Of a stretch of 25,901 nt of DNA, positions 16,114-25,721 are shown piece by piece. The stretch covers positions 1 to 25,901 of IMG/VR virus record IMGVR_UViG_3300020533_000021; one strand, 5' to 3'. Both the position numbers and the translations under genes were made by a program. The DNA is from a virus (lineage: Duplodnaviria > Caudoviricetes). The stretch's first letter is position 1. Each line of letters opens with the position of its first letter. Under the pieces are notes generated by a model. It searched no databases. It was not told the origin of the DNA and was given only the letters and a program-made list of their open reading frames with translations.

Positions 16114-16813
16114 CCAGATCAACGCCGCACTGCGGCTGATCGGCCAGCTTGCCGAGGGCGAAACGCCCTCCGCCGCCACGTCACAGGATGCACTGGCGGC
16201 TTTGAACCAGATGCTCGATTCGTGGAGCATTGAGCGCCTAGCGGTGTACGCCACGCAGGATCAGGTGTTCACTTGGCCGTCCAACACGGCCACGCGCACG
16301 CTCGGGCCGACGGGCAACTTTGTCGGAACGCGGCCGGTGCTGCTGGACGATTCGACGTACTTTCGCGACACCGAATCTGGCGTGTCGTTTGGCATCGCCA
16401 TGATTAACCAGCAGCAGTACAACGGTATTGCGCTAAAGACCGTGGGGTCGACGTATCCGCAGGTCATGTTCACCAACATGACGTTCCCCGACATCACGAT
16501 GACGCTGTACCCGGTGCCCAGCAAGGATCTGGAGTGGCACATCATCAGCGTGCAGGAACTGTCGCAGCCCGCGCTGTTGAACACCACGCTGTCGTTTCCG
16601 CCAGGTTACCTGCGGTGCTTCAAGTACAACCTGGCCTGCGAGATCGCGGCCGAGTTTGGCGTCGAAGCGCCGCCCACGGTGCAGCGCATCGCCATGTCGT
16701 CCAAGCGCAATCTGAAGCGCATCAACAACCCGGATGACCTGATGAGCATCCCGTACAACCTCGTCAACCGCAGGCTGCGCCGGTTCAACGTGTACGCGGG
16801 TACGCCGACGTGA
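16094..16813 (+). CDS. Head-to-tail adaptor, P22 gp4-like with internal insertion
   Basis: TAGDQINAALRLIG..GETP..DALAALNQMLDSW N-terminal helices and FPPGYLRCFKYNLACEIAAEFG C-terminal motif. Located before the gp10-like gene. Confidence 0.8.
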   Translation: MSTTAGDQINAALRLIGQLAEGETPSAATSQDALAALNQMLDSWSIERLAVYATQDQVFTWPSNTATRTLGPTGNFVGTRPVLLDDSTYFRDTESGVSFGIAMINQQQYNGIALKTVGSTYPQVMFTNMTFPDITMTLYPVPSKDLEWHIISVQELSQPALLNTTLSFPPGYLRCFKYNLACEIAAEFGVEAPPTVQRIAMSSKRNLKRINNPDDLMSIPYNLVNRRLRRFNVYAGTPT

Positions 16814-18240
16814 AGACGCCCATCCTCGGATCGTCCTATGTGGCGCGGTCGGTCAACGCGGCCGACAGCCGCATGGTCAACCTGTTTCCCGAGGTGGTGC
16901 CCGACGGCGGCAAGGAACCTGCGTTTCTCCAGCGGTGCCCGGGGCTGCGTCTGGTGGTCACCGTAGGCGACGGGCCGATCCGTGGGATGTGGAAGTTTGG
17001 CGATTTCCTGTACGTCGCATCTGGCGGCAAACTGTACCGCGCTGACGGAAATTTCGCCGTGACGGAACTGGGGCTGATCAACGGCAGCGGGCCGGTGAGC
17101 ATGTCGGACAACGGCACGCAGCTGTTCGTCGCCTGCAACCCTGACGCGTTCATCTACAACGCCAGCACGGGCGTATTCGCGCAGATCAGCGACCCCGACT
17201 TTCCGGGCGCAGTCACTGTGGGCTACCTTGACGGGTACTTCGTGTTCAACGAACCCAACAGCCAGCGGTTCTGGGTTACATCGCTGAACGACGGCACGCA
17301 GATTGACCCGCTGGACTTTGCCAGCGCTGAGGGCAACCCGGACAACATCGTGTCGCTGATGGTCGACCACCGCGAAGTATGGCTGTTCGGAAATAACACC
17401 ATTGAGGTCTGGTACAACGCCGGCTTGGCTGACTTCCCGCTGGCGCGCATTGACGGCGCGTTTATGGAGACGGGTTGCCTCGCCCCGTACAGCGTTGCCA
17501 AGCTGGACAACAGCGTGTTCTGGCTGGGTTCGGACGCCCGCGGCAACGGCATTGTGTACCGGAACAACGGGTACAACGCGCAGCGCGTTAGCACGCACGC
17601 TGTGGAGTGGCAGATCCAGCAGTACGGCGTGCTCAACGATGCCATCGGCTATTCGTACCAGCAAGACGGGCATTCGTTCTATGTGCTGACATTCCCGACC
17701 GCTAACGCGACATGGGTGTTTGACGTCTCCACTGGGGCGTGGCATGAGCGTGCGGCGTGGGATGGGGTGGAGTTCCGTCGGCACCGCAGCAATTGCCAAG
17801 CCAATTTCGCCGGCGAGGTGTTGGTGGGGGACTGGGAAAACAGCAACGTCTATGCGTTTGACCTTGAGGTGTACAAGGACAATGAAGAAGTGCAGCGTTG
17901 GCTGCGGTCTTGGCGCGCGCTACCCACGGGACAAAACACGCTAAAACGCACGGCGCATTATGCACTGCAGTTGGATTGCGAGTCGGGAACAGGGCTAGTT
18001 ACTGGGCAAGGCGCTCAGCCCCAAGTTATGCTTCGTTGGAGCGACGACGGCGGCCACACCTGGTCCAACGAACACTGGGCCAGCATGGGCAAGCTTGGCG
18101 AGTACGGCAAGCGCGTGATCTGGCGCCGGCTGGGCATGACTATGAAGCTGCGGGATCGCGTGTACGAAATTAGCGGCACCGACCCGGTGAAGATCGCCAT
18201 TATGGGCGCCGAATTAACGGCGACGCCGACGAGCGCCTGA
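16810..18240 (+). CDS. Tail hub / packaged-DNA stabilization protein, P22 gp10-like
   Basis: 476 aa, beta-propeller-like. DPLDFASAEGNPDNIV, WLFGNNTIEVW, PQVMLRWSDDGGHTWS, RVIWRRLG and RVYEISGTDPV motifs. Confidence 0.92.
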   Translation: MKTPILGSSYVARSVNAADSRMVNLFPEVVPDGGKEPAFLQRCPGLRLVVTVGDGPIRGMWKFGDFLYVASGGKLYRADGNFAVTELGLINGSGPVSMSDNGTQLFVACNPDAFIYNASTGVFAQISDPDFPGAVTVGYLDGYFVFNEPNSQRFWVTSLNDGTQIDPLDFASAEGNPDNIVSLMVDHREVWLFGNNTIEVWYNAGLADFPLARIDGAFMETGCLAPYSVAKLDNSVFWLGSDARGNGIVYRNNGYNAQRVSTHAVEWQIQQYGVLNDAIGYSYQQDGHSFYVLTFPTANATWVFDVSTGAWHERAAWDGVEFRRHRSNCQANFAGEVLVGDWENSNVYAFDLEVYKDNEEVQRWLRSWRALPTGQNTLKRTAHYALQLDCESGTGLVTGQGAQPQVMLRWSDDGGHTWSNEHWASMGKLGEYGKRVIWRRLGMTMKLRDRVYEISGTDPVKIAIMGAELTATPTSA

Positions 18241-18241
18241 G

Positions 18242-19204
18242 ATGCAAACGCTGCCCCGCGTCCCAGCATCCCGCGATCCGCTGGTGGACCGTGGGGCAAT
18301 CACCACGCGCGCGTGGTTTCGGTTCTTCTCGCTGCTGCAAGACAGCATTGGCCAAGCCAGCAGAGAGACGTTCACGCTGGTGCAGAACTCTACTGGCGCA
18401 ACGCTGCCCAAGGGCACTGTGGTGGGCTTTGCCGGCGTCGGCGCGGCCAACGTATTGTCGGTGTCCAAGTACCTTGCTGACGGCTCCACGCCGTCGCTGT
18501 ACATCCTCGGCGTGCTGGACGAAACCATCCCCGACAGCGGCTCCACGGGCCTGTGCAGCGTCTGGGGGAATGTTAGCGGCATCGACACCAGCGCGTTCAA
18601 CGTGGGCGACATCCTGTACGCCAGCCCCACGGTGGCGGGTGCGTTTACCAACGTCAAGCCCACGGCGCCGGATAACGTAATTCCGATGGCGGCAGTGCTA
18701 GTGGTCAACGCCACTGATGGCGTGATTTTCGTGCGGCCGACGATCGAGCAGCAGAAGTATTACGGCGAGTTCACTAAGACCACGGACCAGACTCCCGCTT
18801 CGACGAACACGGCCTACGCGCTGACGTTCGACAACACCGAGATTGCTGAGGGCGTCAGCATCGGCTCGCCTGCGTCGCGCATTGTGGTGGTGCAGTCTGG
18901 CCTATACCAATTTGACGCCACCGTTCAGATCGGCAGCAGTAGCAGCAGCGCCAAGACGGTTTGGCTGTGGTTCCGCAAAAACGGCACGGACATTGCCAAC
19001 TCTGCTAGGTTGGTGACAATCAACATCAACAACGGCTACGTCCCGATGGCGCTGGCCGAGTTTTTTTCGCTTGCCGCCAACGATTACATCGAGATCATGT
19101 TTGCCGCAGACGCTACGGCCATCACGGTGGATAATGTCGCAGCCACGGCTTTTGCGCCAGCAGCACCTGCCGTCGTGCTGGCGGTAAGCCAGATTCAACA
19201 GTGA
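18242..19204 (+). CDS. Tail needle-position protein with C-terminal C1q/BclA-like domain
   Basis: N-terminal PLVD..TRAWFRFF anchor-like segment, central NSTGATLPKGTVV..DTSAFNVGDILY domain, and C-terminal YGEF..ALTFD..SGLYQF..WFRKNG..LAANDYIEI jelly-roll pattern. Occupies the P22 gp26 position. Confidence 0.7.
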   Translation: MQTLPRVPASRDPLVDRGAITTRAWFRFFSLLQDSIGQASRETFTLVQNSTGATLPKGTVVGFAGVGAANVLSVSKYLADGSTPSLYILGVLDETIPDSGSTGLCSVWGNVSGIDTSAFNVGDILYASPTVAGAFTNVKPTAPDNVIPMAAVLVVNATDGVIFVRPTIEQQKYYGEFTKTTDQTPASTNTAYALTFDNTEIAEGVSIGSPASRIVVVQSGLYQFDATVQIGSSSSSAKTVWLWFRKNGTDIANSARLVTININNGYVPMALAEFFSLAANDYIEIMFAADATAITVDNVAATAFAPAAPAVVLAVSQIQQ

Positions 19205-19211
19205 GAGCACC

Positions 19212-20483
19212 ATGAGCGTTTCGCTTTCCCCATACGCTGGCGCCGGGGCGCAGTTCTTCGACAACAACGGCAACCCGCTGGCCGGGGGTAAAATTTTTAC
19301 TTATGCCGCCGGCACGACGACGCCGCTAGCAACCTACACGGATTACACGGGCAACACGGCTAATCCCGTGTATCCGGTGGGCATCGTGCTGGACAGCGCC
19401 GGACGAACGCCCGCGCAGATCTGGCTGACGGAAGGATCGTCGTACAAGTTCGTGCTGGAAACGGCTCTTGGCGTCACGATCAAGACCGACGACAACATCT
19501 TTGCGTCGTACGAATTGGCCAAAGCCGTCGGTATTGCTGTCGGTTTGGGCGCCGGCAGCGTTCCGACCAACATCGCTGTGGGCGACACGGCGCTGGACAG
19601 CAACACCACGGGCTCCAACAACACCGCAGTGGGCTACAACGCCCTGACGGCCAACACGGACGGCTTCCAGAACACCGCCGTTGGCTCCGAGGCGCTGGAT
19701 GCGAACACCTCGGGCGACTACAACACTGCGGTGGGCTTCCAAGCGCTGACAGCGGCCAACATTGCAAACTACAACACTGGCGTGGGCTATCGGACGCTAA
19801 ATGCGGCCACTACCGGCGCAAACAATACTGCGTTGGGTAGCGATGCGCTGTTGTTGGTGTCCACGGGCTCTAACAACGTGGCGGTGGGGTACTCGGCGCT
19901 GGACGCTTACACCGGCAGCGATGCCGTGGCCGTGGGGGCTCTTGCGCTGGGAGCAAACACCAACGGCCCAGGCAACACTGCGGTGGGCAGAGGTGCGGCG
20001 CAACTGGTGGTTACGGGCGCGTACAACGTTGCCGTTGGGTGGGCTGCGCTGGATGCGGCTACCACCAGCAACAACGTAGCGGTTGGTGCAGACGCCTTGG
20101 GCGCACTGACAAGTGGGGACAACAACACCGCAATAGGGTTTCAAGCCGGCAGTTCTATTGTGTCCGGCAGCGGAAACATTGTTATTGGCCATAGCGCCGC
20201 CGCATCATCCTCAAGCGTCAGCAACGAAATGACGCTGGGCAGCACCAACATTACGTCAATGCGCGTGCCGGGTTTGTTTATGACGGTCGGTCAGAAATGG
20301 ATCAACAACAGCACACTCACGGTGGCGATTTTGCTTGCTAGCGCGCCAGCTGCTACTGTCGGCGCAGGCGCTCGCGCCGTAGTAACGGACGCCAGCGCAA
20401 CGACTTTTCATTCGATCGTAGCCGGCGGCGGCGCGAACGTCGTGCCCGTGTTCAGCGACGGCACTGATTGGCGGATTGGGTGA
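19212..20483 (+). CDS. Tail fibre/spike with N-terminal virion-binding domain and YadA-like repeats
   Basis: QFFDNNGNPLAGGKIFTYAAGTTTPLATYTD..LDSAGR N-terminal domain, about 13 repeats of 16-17 aa (NTAVGxxAL), and C-terminal VPVFSDGTDWRIG. Confidence 0.85.
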   Translation: MSVSLSPYAGAGAQFFDNNGNPLAGGKIFTYAAGTTTPLATYTDYTGNTANPVYPVGIVLDSAGRTPAQIWLTEGSSYKFVLETALGVTIKTDDNIFASYELAKAVGIAVGLGAGSVPTNIAVGDTALDSNTTGSNNTAVGYNALTANTDGFQNTAVGSEALDANTSGDYNTAVGFQALTAANIANYNTGVGYRTLNAATTGANNTALGSDALLLVSTGSNNVAVGYSALDAYTGSDAVAVGALALGANTNGPGNTAVGRGAAQLVVTGAYNVAVGWAALDAATTSNNVAVGADALGALTSGDNNTAIGFQAGSSIVSGSGNIVIGHSAAASSSSVSNEMTLGSTNITSMRVPGLFMTVGQKWINNSTLTVAILLASAPAATVGAGARAVVTDASATTFHSIVAGGGANVVPVFSDGTDWRIG

Positions 20484-20491
20484 GGTGAATC

Positions 20492-22729
20492 ATGGCAAAG
20501 CTAACGTCAAAAGGCACTTACGCCGTTTCTGACTGGTCGAACGTTGACGCCCTGTTTCCGAAAACGCGGATGGGGACTGGCGCGGAAGACTCTGACGTCA
20601 CCTACCAGAATGACGCCTACACGCAATTCAAGAACCTAGAGAGCGGCTACTGGCTCCAGTTTTTGCCGCAACTTGGGTTTACTGGGCCGACTACCAAAGA
20701 GGTTGTCAACTTCCCCGGCACGGTAGACGAAGAAAGAACGACGACGATTTCCGACGAGGCCGCTGCTGCAATCCAGCAGTTCAAGGCGCAAGGTTACGAT
20801 GTTGTCATCAATCCCAATAAGATTGATTCTGGCAGCAAAAGCGTAACCGAATTTGCGTTTAAGACGCCAGATGGCAAGTTTCAAAAGACTTGGGAATACA
20901 CCGGTGGCGCATGGTACGAGCAAGTTGCTCCGTACCTTGGGCTTGTGCTGCCCGGAATTCTCGGCATGGCGGGCATCAGCGCCGGCAGTCTTGGCGCGTC
21001 TATTACCGGGCAAACGTCCAACGCTCTGTTAAACAACGCGGTCGGCGGCGCGATTATTGGCGGCGCAAAAGAACTGATTACCAGCGGCGGCGATGTTGAG
21101 TCCGCCATCAAGGGCGCGCTGACTGGCGGCGCGCTGGGTGCTGCGGCAGAGTTGGCGCAGCCATACATCAAGGACGCCGCAAACGCGCTATCCAATCTGA
21201 CCGGCGAACAAGTCGCGCAGTTGGCCAGCACCGATGTTGCGGCGACAGACGTTGCCGGCAGCGTGGGCGACGTGGATGTGGGTGGCGTGGGGGATGTGGG
21301 TGTGCCCGCAGGGGTTGAGCAAATTGCTTCTGTGGCTAACTTTAGCCCAGAGGCAATGCAAACCTACGCTAACGAAATCGCGGCGGGCGCATCCAGAGAT
21401 CTTGCCTACACAAGAGCAGTGTTGGTGGAAAACCAGCTGCAAGCCGCGCAGTCTATTTACGACCGCACCATGACCCCAGACGTGGCAGATGCCATGTTGG
21501 CTGGGGGATCTGCACCGCCAGTGGTGAACAACCTGGCCGGAACGGCGGCGCCAGTTACGCCTCCGCCTGCAAATGCGTTGACCGGCGGAACCATTACTCC
21601 AGAGGTGGCAGATGCCATGCTGGAGAACAATCTGACGACGCCGATTTCCGTTACCCCACCCGGCGGCGTGGCAACCGTTGATTTGACTGCCGGCCAAACC
21701 GCCGGGCAAGCCGCAGGCGCAGGCACTGTTGCCGACACCGGAGCCGGCCTTGGTGCCGCAGGCACTGCCGCAGGCGTAGCGGGAGCGGGTGTGGCGGCCG
21801 GTGCTGCCGGAGCCGGCACGGCAGCGGGCGTGGGCGGCCAGATGACTGCAGCCGATATTGCAGGACTAGACCCCAACCTCACGCTAGGCGGCGGCTCTGA
21901 CGTGCTAGGCGGCACTGATGTCGGCGGCGGCACAGGCGCAATCATCACGGGCGCAGCAGGCGGCGCTGGTGCGGGCGCTGTCACTGCGGGTGGCGCTACT
22001 GCCGGCCTCACCGGCATCCCCGTCGTCGACGACTTCCTCAAGTACATCGGCACGCCCGCAGGCGCTGCGGCGCTGGGTGCGTTCGGCAGCTTGGCAGGCG
22101 GGTATCTGACGGGCCAGGCGGCGAAAGACGCGGCAAACATCCAAGCGCAGTCGGCGGCAAACGCTCTCAAACTGCAGCAAGATCAGTTTGATTACCAGAA
22201 AAGCCTGCTGGAGCCGTATCGCGCGCGTGGCGAGTCTGCGCTGAACCGCTTGGCCGGCGTGATGGGCCTCGACGGCCAACCCGCCCAGCCCCAGCAACTG
22301 CTGGACATGGACCCCGGCTACGCTTTCCGCTTGGGCGAGGGCATGAAAGCGCTGGAGCGCGTGCAGGCCGCGCGGGGCAACATGCTGTCTGGCGGGGCGA
22401 TCAAGGCAGGCCAGCGGTACGCGCAGGACTTCGCCTCGGGCGAGTACGGCAACGCGTACAACCGGCTAGCCAACATCGCCGGATTGGGGCAAACTGTCGG
22501 CGGTCAGTTGGGCTCTGCGGCCCAGCAGTTTGGCCAGACGGCAGGGGAAACGATGTCTCAGGGCGCGAATGCACTAGCGGCGGGGCGGATCAATCGCACC
22601 AGCGGTTACATGGGTGGCGTCGGTGGCGCTGTAGGCGCCTATCAGAACTACCAGAACCAGCAGCAGCAGAATCAGTTGTTCGGAAAGTTTATAGACATCT
22701 ACGGCCGCTCCGTCGGCGTTGGGGGCTGA
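20492..22729 (+). CDS. DNA ejection (pilot) protein, gp7-like C-terminal domain with long N-terminal extension
   Basis: C-terminal AAKDAANIQAQSA..EPYRARG..DPGYAFRLGEG..AARGNMLSG..YAQDFASGEYGNAYNRL. A/G-rich hydrophobic segments. GAGGTG RBS. Confidence 0.8.
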   Translation: MAKLTSKGTYAVSDWSNVDALFPKTRMGTGAEDSDVTYQNDAYTQFKNLESGYWLQFLPQLGFTGPTTKEVVNFPGTVDEERTTTISDEAAAAIQQFKAQGYDVVINPNKIDSGSKSVTEFAFKTPDGKFQKTWEYTGGAWYEQVAPYLGLVLPGILGMAGISAGSLGASITGQTSNALLNNAVGGAIIGGAKELITSGGDVESAIKGALTGGALGAAAELAQPYIKDAANALSNLTGEQVAQLASTDVAATDVAGSVGDVDVGGVGDVGVPAGVEQIASVANFSPEAMQTYANEIAAGASRDLAYTRAVLVENQLQAAQSIYDRTMTPDVADAMLAGGSAPPVVNNLAGTAAPVTPPPANALTGGTITPEVADAMLENNLTTPISVTPPGGVATVDLTAGQTAGQAAGAGTVADTGAGLGAAGTAAGVAGAGVAAGAAGAGTAAGVGGQMTAADIAGLDPNLTLGGGSDVLGGTDVGGGTGAIITGAAGGAGAGAVTAGGATAGLTGIPVVDDFLKYIGTPAGAAALGAFGSLAGGYLTGQAAKDAANIQAQSAANALKLQQDQFDYQKSLLEPYRARGESALNRLAGVMGLDGQPAQPQQLLDMDPGYAFRLGEGMKALERVQAARGNMLSGGAIKAGQRYAQDFASGEYGNAYNRLANIAGLGQTVGGQLGSAAQQFGQTAGETMSQGANALAAGRINRTSGYMGGVGGAVGAYQNYQNQQQQNQLFGKFIDIYGRSVGVGG

Positions 22730-22730
22730 C

Positions 22731-24146
22731 ATGCCGATTGACGCAAGCATCATCTCGCAAGCGCGAAACATTCCGCAGATCCGGTATCAGCCGGAGTCGC
22801 AGTTTGAGTCGTTCGCCAAGATCCAGCCGACGCTGAATGCGATGCAGCAGATGAAGCAGCGTGCGGTTGCGGCTCGCGGTGCGGCTGAGATTGAAGATTT
22901 CATGCGCTCTCGCGGGCATAACATCAACCTTGGCGAGCTTGGCGCCTTGATGGTGCGCGTTGGCAAAACTGAAGAAGGCGCAAGGCTAATTGCCGCAGAC
23001 AACGAGCGAAAGCAAATAGAAGCGGCGCTTGGCGGCATGGGGCTTGGCCAACAGGCCACCGAGCCGACTGGCGTAAATGCTATGGCTGCCGCGCCGTCCG
23101 CAAACGCGATGGCACAGCCCGCTGCGGCGCAGCCTTCTGTCCCGAGTCAGGCGGTCACTGCGCCTCCTATGCCGGCTACCGCGCCGAGCATGGCTACGCA
23201 GGGTCAGCCCGCAGGCTTTAGGACGACGCCGCGGCAACTGGCGCAACTGGCGGCAAGCGGGCAAGCTGGCGCTAGGGTTGCAAGTGCGATGGCGCCGTTT
23301 GCGGAAAAGCCGCAACCCGTACCGGAAAAATTACGCCTGATGCGGCAATTTGGTTTTCCGGAAACCCAAGAAGGTTATCGGCAGTTTGAAGAATTTAGTA
23401 GGGCGCCGCAAGATACCAGAACGTCTGACGAAAAGAATTACGAAACAGCGCTCAAAGGCGGGTTTAAGGGGTCGTTTTACGAGTACCTGACTGGATTGCG
23501 CAAAGCTGGCGCTCCGAACACATCGCTTAATTTGGCTACAGAAAAAGCAGAAAAAGTTGCCCGCGCACAACAATTAGTGAAAGACTACGATCAAGTTTCA
23601 CAGACTGCCAGAAACGCTAGGCGATCTTTGACATCAATTGAAGGCGCACAGCGCGTTCTTGACAGAGGTTTTACAACTGGGTTTGGAACGGAAACTATTG
23701 GCGTTGCAGCATCTGTGCTTGCTTCGCTCGGAGTTCCTTCGGCAGAAAAATACGCCACCAATTCACAGGCATTTTTGTCAGCAGCAAGAAACGTTTTGCT
23801 TGACCGCCAGTTGGATCAAAAAGGCCCGCAAACAGAAAACGACGCAAAACGCATTGAGGAATCTTTTGTCAGGCTTGGGAACACTACTGCGGCAAACAAA
23901 TTCATTCTTGCCGTCGCCAAGGCTCAGGCGGAAATGGCATCAGCGCAGCAAAAAGCGTATTCCGCATACTATCGGAAAAATGGAACTTACGATGGCGCGG
24001 AAGAAGAATGGCTTGCCGGAGAAGGAAGCAAGTCTATTTTTGAACATCCGTCAATGAAACAGTTTTCTGATGCTGCGGCAGAGCCAACTGGCCGACCTTC
24101 GCTAGAGCAAATATTGGGTCCGCGTCCTGCAAATCTTGGGAAATAG
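22731..24146 (+). CDS. Putative DNA ejection protein (gp20-like position)
   Basis: Helical A/Q-rich protein with a P/A-rich linker and a KGPQTENDAKRI motif. ATG 1 nt after the previous stop (ORF track start 22719 trimmed). Assignment is positional. Confidence 0.65.
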   Translation: MPIDASIISQARNIPQIRYQPESQFESFAKIQPTLNAMQQMKQRAVAARGAAEIEDFMRSRGHNINLGELGALMVRVGKTEEGARLIAADNERKQIEAALGGMGLGQQATEPTGVNAMAAAPSANAMAQPAAAQPSVPSQAVTAPPMPATAPSMATQGQPAGFRTTPRQLAQLAASGQAGARVASAMAPFAEKPQPVPEKLRLMRQFGFPETQEGYRQFEEFSRAPQDTRTSDEKNYETALKGGFKGSFYEYLTGLRKAGAPNTSLNLATEKAEKVARAQQLVKDYDQVSQTARNARRSLTSIEGAQRVLDRGFTTGFGTETIGVAASVLASLGVPSAEKYATNSQAFLSAARNVLLDRQLDQKGPQTENDAKRIEESFVRLGNTTAANKFILAVAKAQAEMASAQQKAYSAYYRKNGTYDGAEEEWLAGEGSKSIFEHPSMKQFSDAAAEPTGRPSLEQILGPRPANLGK

Positions 24147-24148
24147 CC

Positions 24149-25720
24149 GTGGCCGACTTGCGTGATCAAATTAATTCAGCCCGGCGCGCCGGTTATTCCG
24201 ACTCGGATATTGCGGATTTTCTCAAACAAAGAGATCCCAACATCGGAAAAGCTCTGGAAAGCGGCTATTCGGCAGATGAAGTAATGCAGCATTTGGCACC
24301 GCCGCCGACCGTAATGGAACGCGCTGTCCGCCAGACTGGTATTGCTGCTCGCGGCGCTGCGCCTGGGGCACTAGGCGCCACTGCTGGTGGCGCATTAGGC
24401 GCCGCCATCGGCGGCCCGCCTGGCGCCGCAATTGGTGCGTTGGCCGGCTCTCTGTACGTCCCCGCCGCAGATGCGCTGGCAAGCGCATACCGAGGCATCA
24501 CTGGCAGGGATGTAAAGCCGTTGTCGCAGGCCATTTCTGAACGCCTTCCCGGGCCGCGTGCCGAAACTTCGGTCGAGCGCATGGTAGAGGCCGCTGGCTC
24601 TGCGCTTGGCGGCACGGTGCCACAAGTTGCCGCAGGGCAACGCATGGCGCAAATGGCCGGAGGCGCCGGCGCCATAGGACGCGAAGTAAGCCGCGTGCCT
24701 CTGACGCAGGTTTTGGCCGCGCCCGCCGCCGGCGCTGCGGCGCAAGGCACTGCTGAGGCCACTGACAGCCCTTTGGCTGGCGTTGTCGCTGGGGTTGCAA
24801 CCGCAGCGATTCCCGGATTGCGAGCCACCAAACGCGAGGCGGCGCCTACGGAAGCTGAACTGAAGGGTCGGTCTAAAGCAAACTACGACATTCTTCAACA
24901 GTCAGGATTGCAGCTTTCTAACTCTCAATTTCGCCAATTTGCAAATTCTTTGCCGGCGCAGCTTCGTGTTTCGTCGGGTTACGTCCCCGCGGCGTATCCA
25001 AAAATTTCCGCAGTGATTGGCGAAATGGTTAAAGGTGGGCCAAAAGATGTTGCTGAATTGCAGGCGTTGCGAAAGATGATTGCCGGCGCAGGCAAAAGCG
25101 CGGACGCGCAAGAGAGGCTAATTTCTCATGAATTGCTTGACGCATTCGATGATTACGTCTTGAACGCTCCGCCAAGCGCAATTGTTGGTGGCGATAAAAC
25201 CGCCATTAAGTCGTGGAATGAAGCGCGCGCCGACTACGCAAAGATGAAAAAAAGCGAAATTTTTACCGACATGATTGAAAAGGCGGAACTTGACACGGCC
25301 AGCAAGGTTGCGTCCCTTAGTCGCCAGCTTTCTTCCTTGGCGCGAAACGACAAACGCATGAGGGTGTTTACGGCCGATGAACGCAAGGCTATTGAAGCGG
25401 CGGCTAAAGGCGGAAAGATGCAAGACATGCTCAACGTTGCCGGCAAGTTCACTCCGATGACGCCCGCTGCAGCAATTTTCGCAGCCGTTGCGCCGTATGG
25501 AGCCGCCGTCGCCACTGCAGGCCTAACGTCGCGTGAACTTGCTACGCGCCTCAAACAGCGCGACATTGGTCGCCTATCGCAACAAATGCGTCTTGGGCGA
25601 GAACCTTCTGTTCTTGAGTCGCCACTGGCAAATATTCCAATCATGTCTGCCAGAGGATTGCTTTCCGGCCAAAATGAATTGATTGAACCAGTCCGCAACC
25701 GCAACGCCCTCACTCAGTGA
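24149..25720 (+). CDS. Putative DNA ejection protein (gp16-like position)
   Basis: ARRAGYSDSDIADFL/ALESGYSADEVMQHL N-terminal duplication, Gly/Ala zipper hydrophobic segments and a helical C-terminal half. Confidence 0.7.
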   Translation: MADLRDQINSARRAGYSDSDIADFLKQRDPNIGKALESGYSADEVMQHLAPPPTVMERAVRQTGIAARGAAPGALGATAGGALGAAIGGPPGAAIGALAGSLYVPAADALASAYRGITGRDVKPLSQAISERLPGPRAETSVERMVEAAGSALGGTVPQVAAGQRMAQMAGGAGAIGREVSRVPLTQVLAAPAAGAAAQGTAEATDSPLAGVVAGVATAAIPGLRATKREAAPTEAELKGRSKANYDILQQSGLQLSNSQFRQFANSLPAQLRVSSGYVPAAYPKISAVIGEMVKGGPKDVAELQALRKMIAGAGKSADAQERLISHELLDAFDDYVLNAPPSAIVGGDKTAIKSWNEARADYAKMKKSEIFTDMIEKAELDTASKVASLSRQLSSLARNDKRMRVFTADERKAIEAAAKGGKMQDMLNVAGKFTPMTPAAAIFAAVAPYGAAVATAGLTSRELATRLKQRDIGRLSQQMRLGREPSVLESPLANIPIMSARGLLSGQNELIEPVRNRNALTQ

Positions 25721-25721
25721 C

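Noticed and set aside
19204-20492. P22 gp14-like small gene between needle and ejection genes
   Set aside because: The tail fibre fills this interval with only 7-8 nt gaps, so no such ORF is present.
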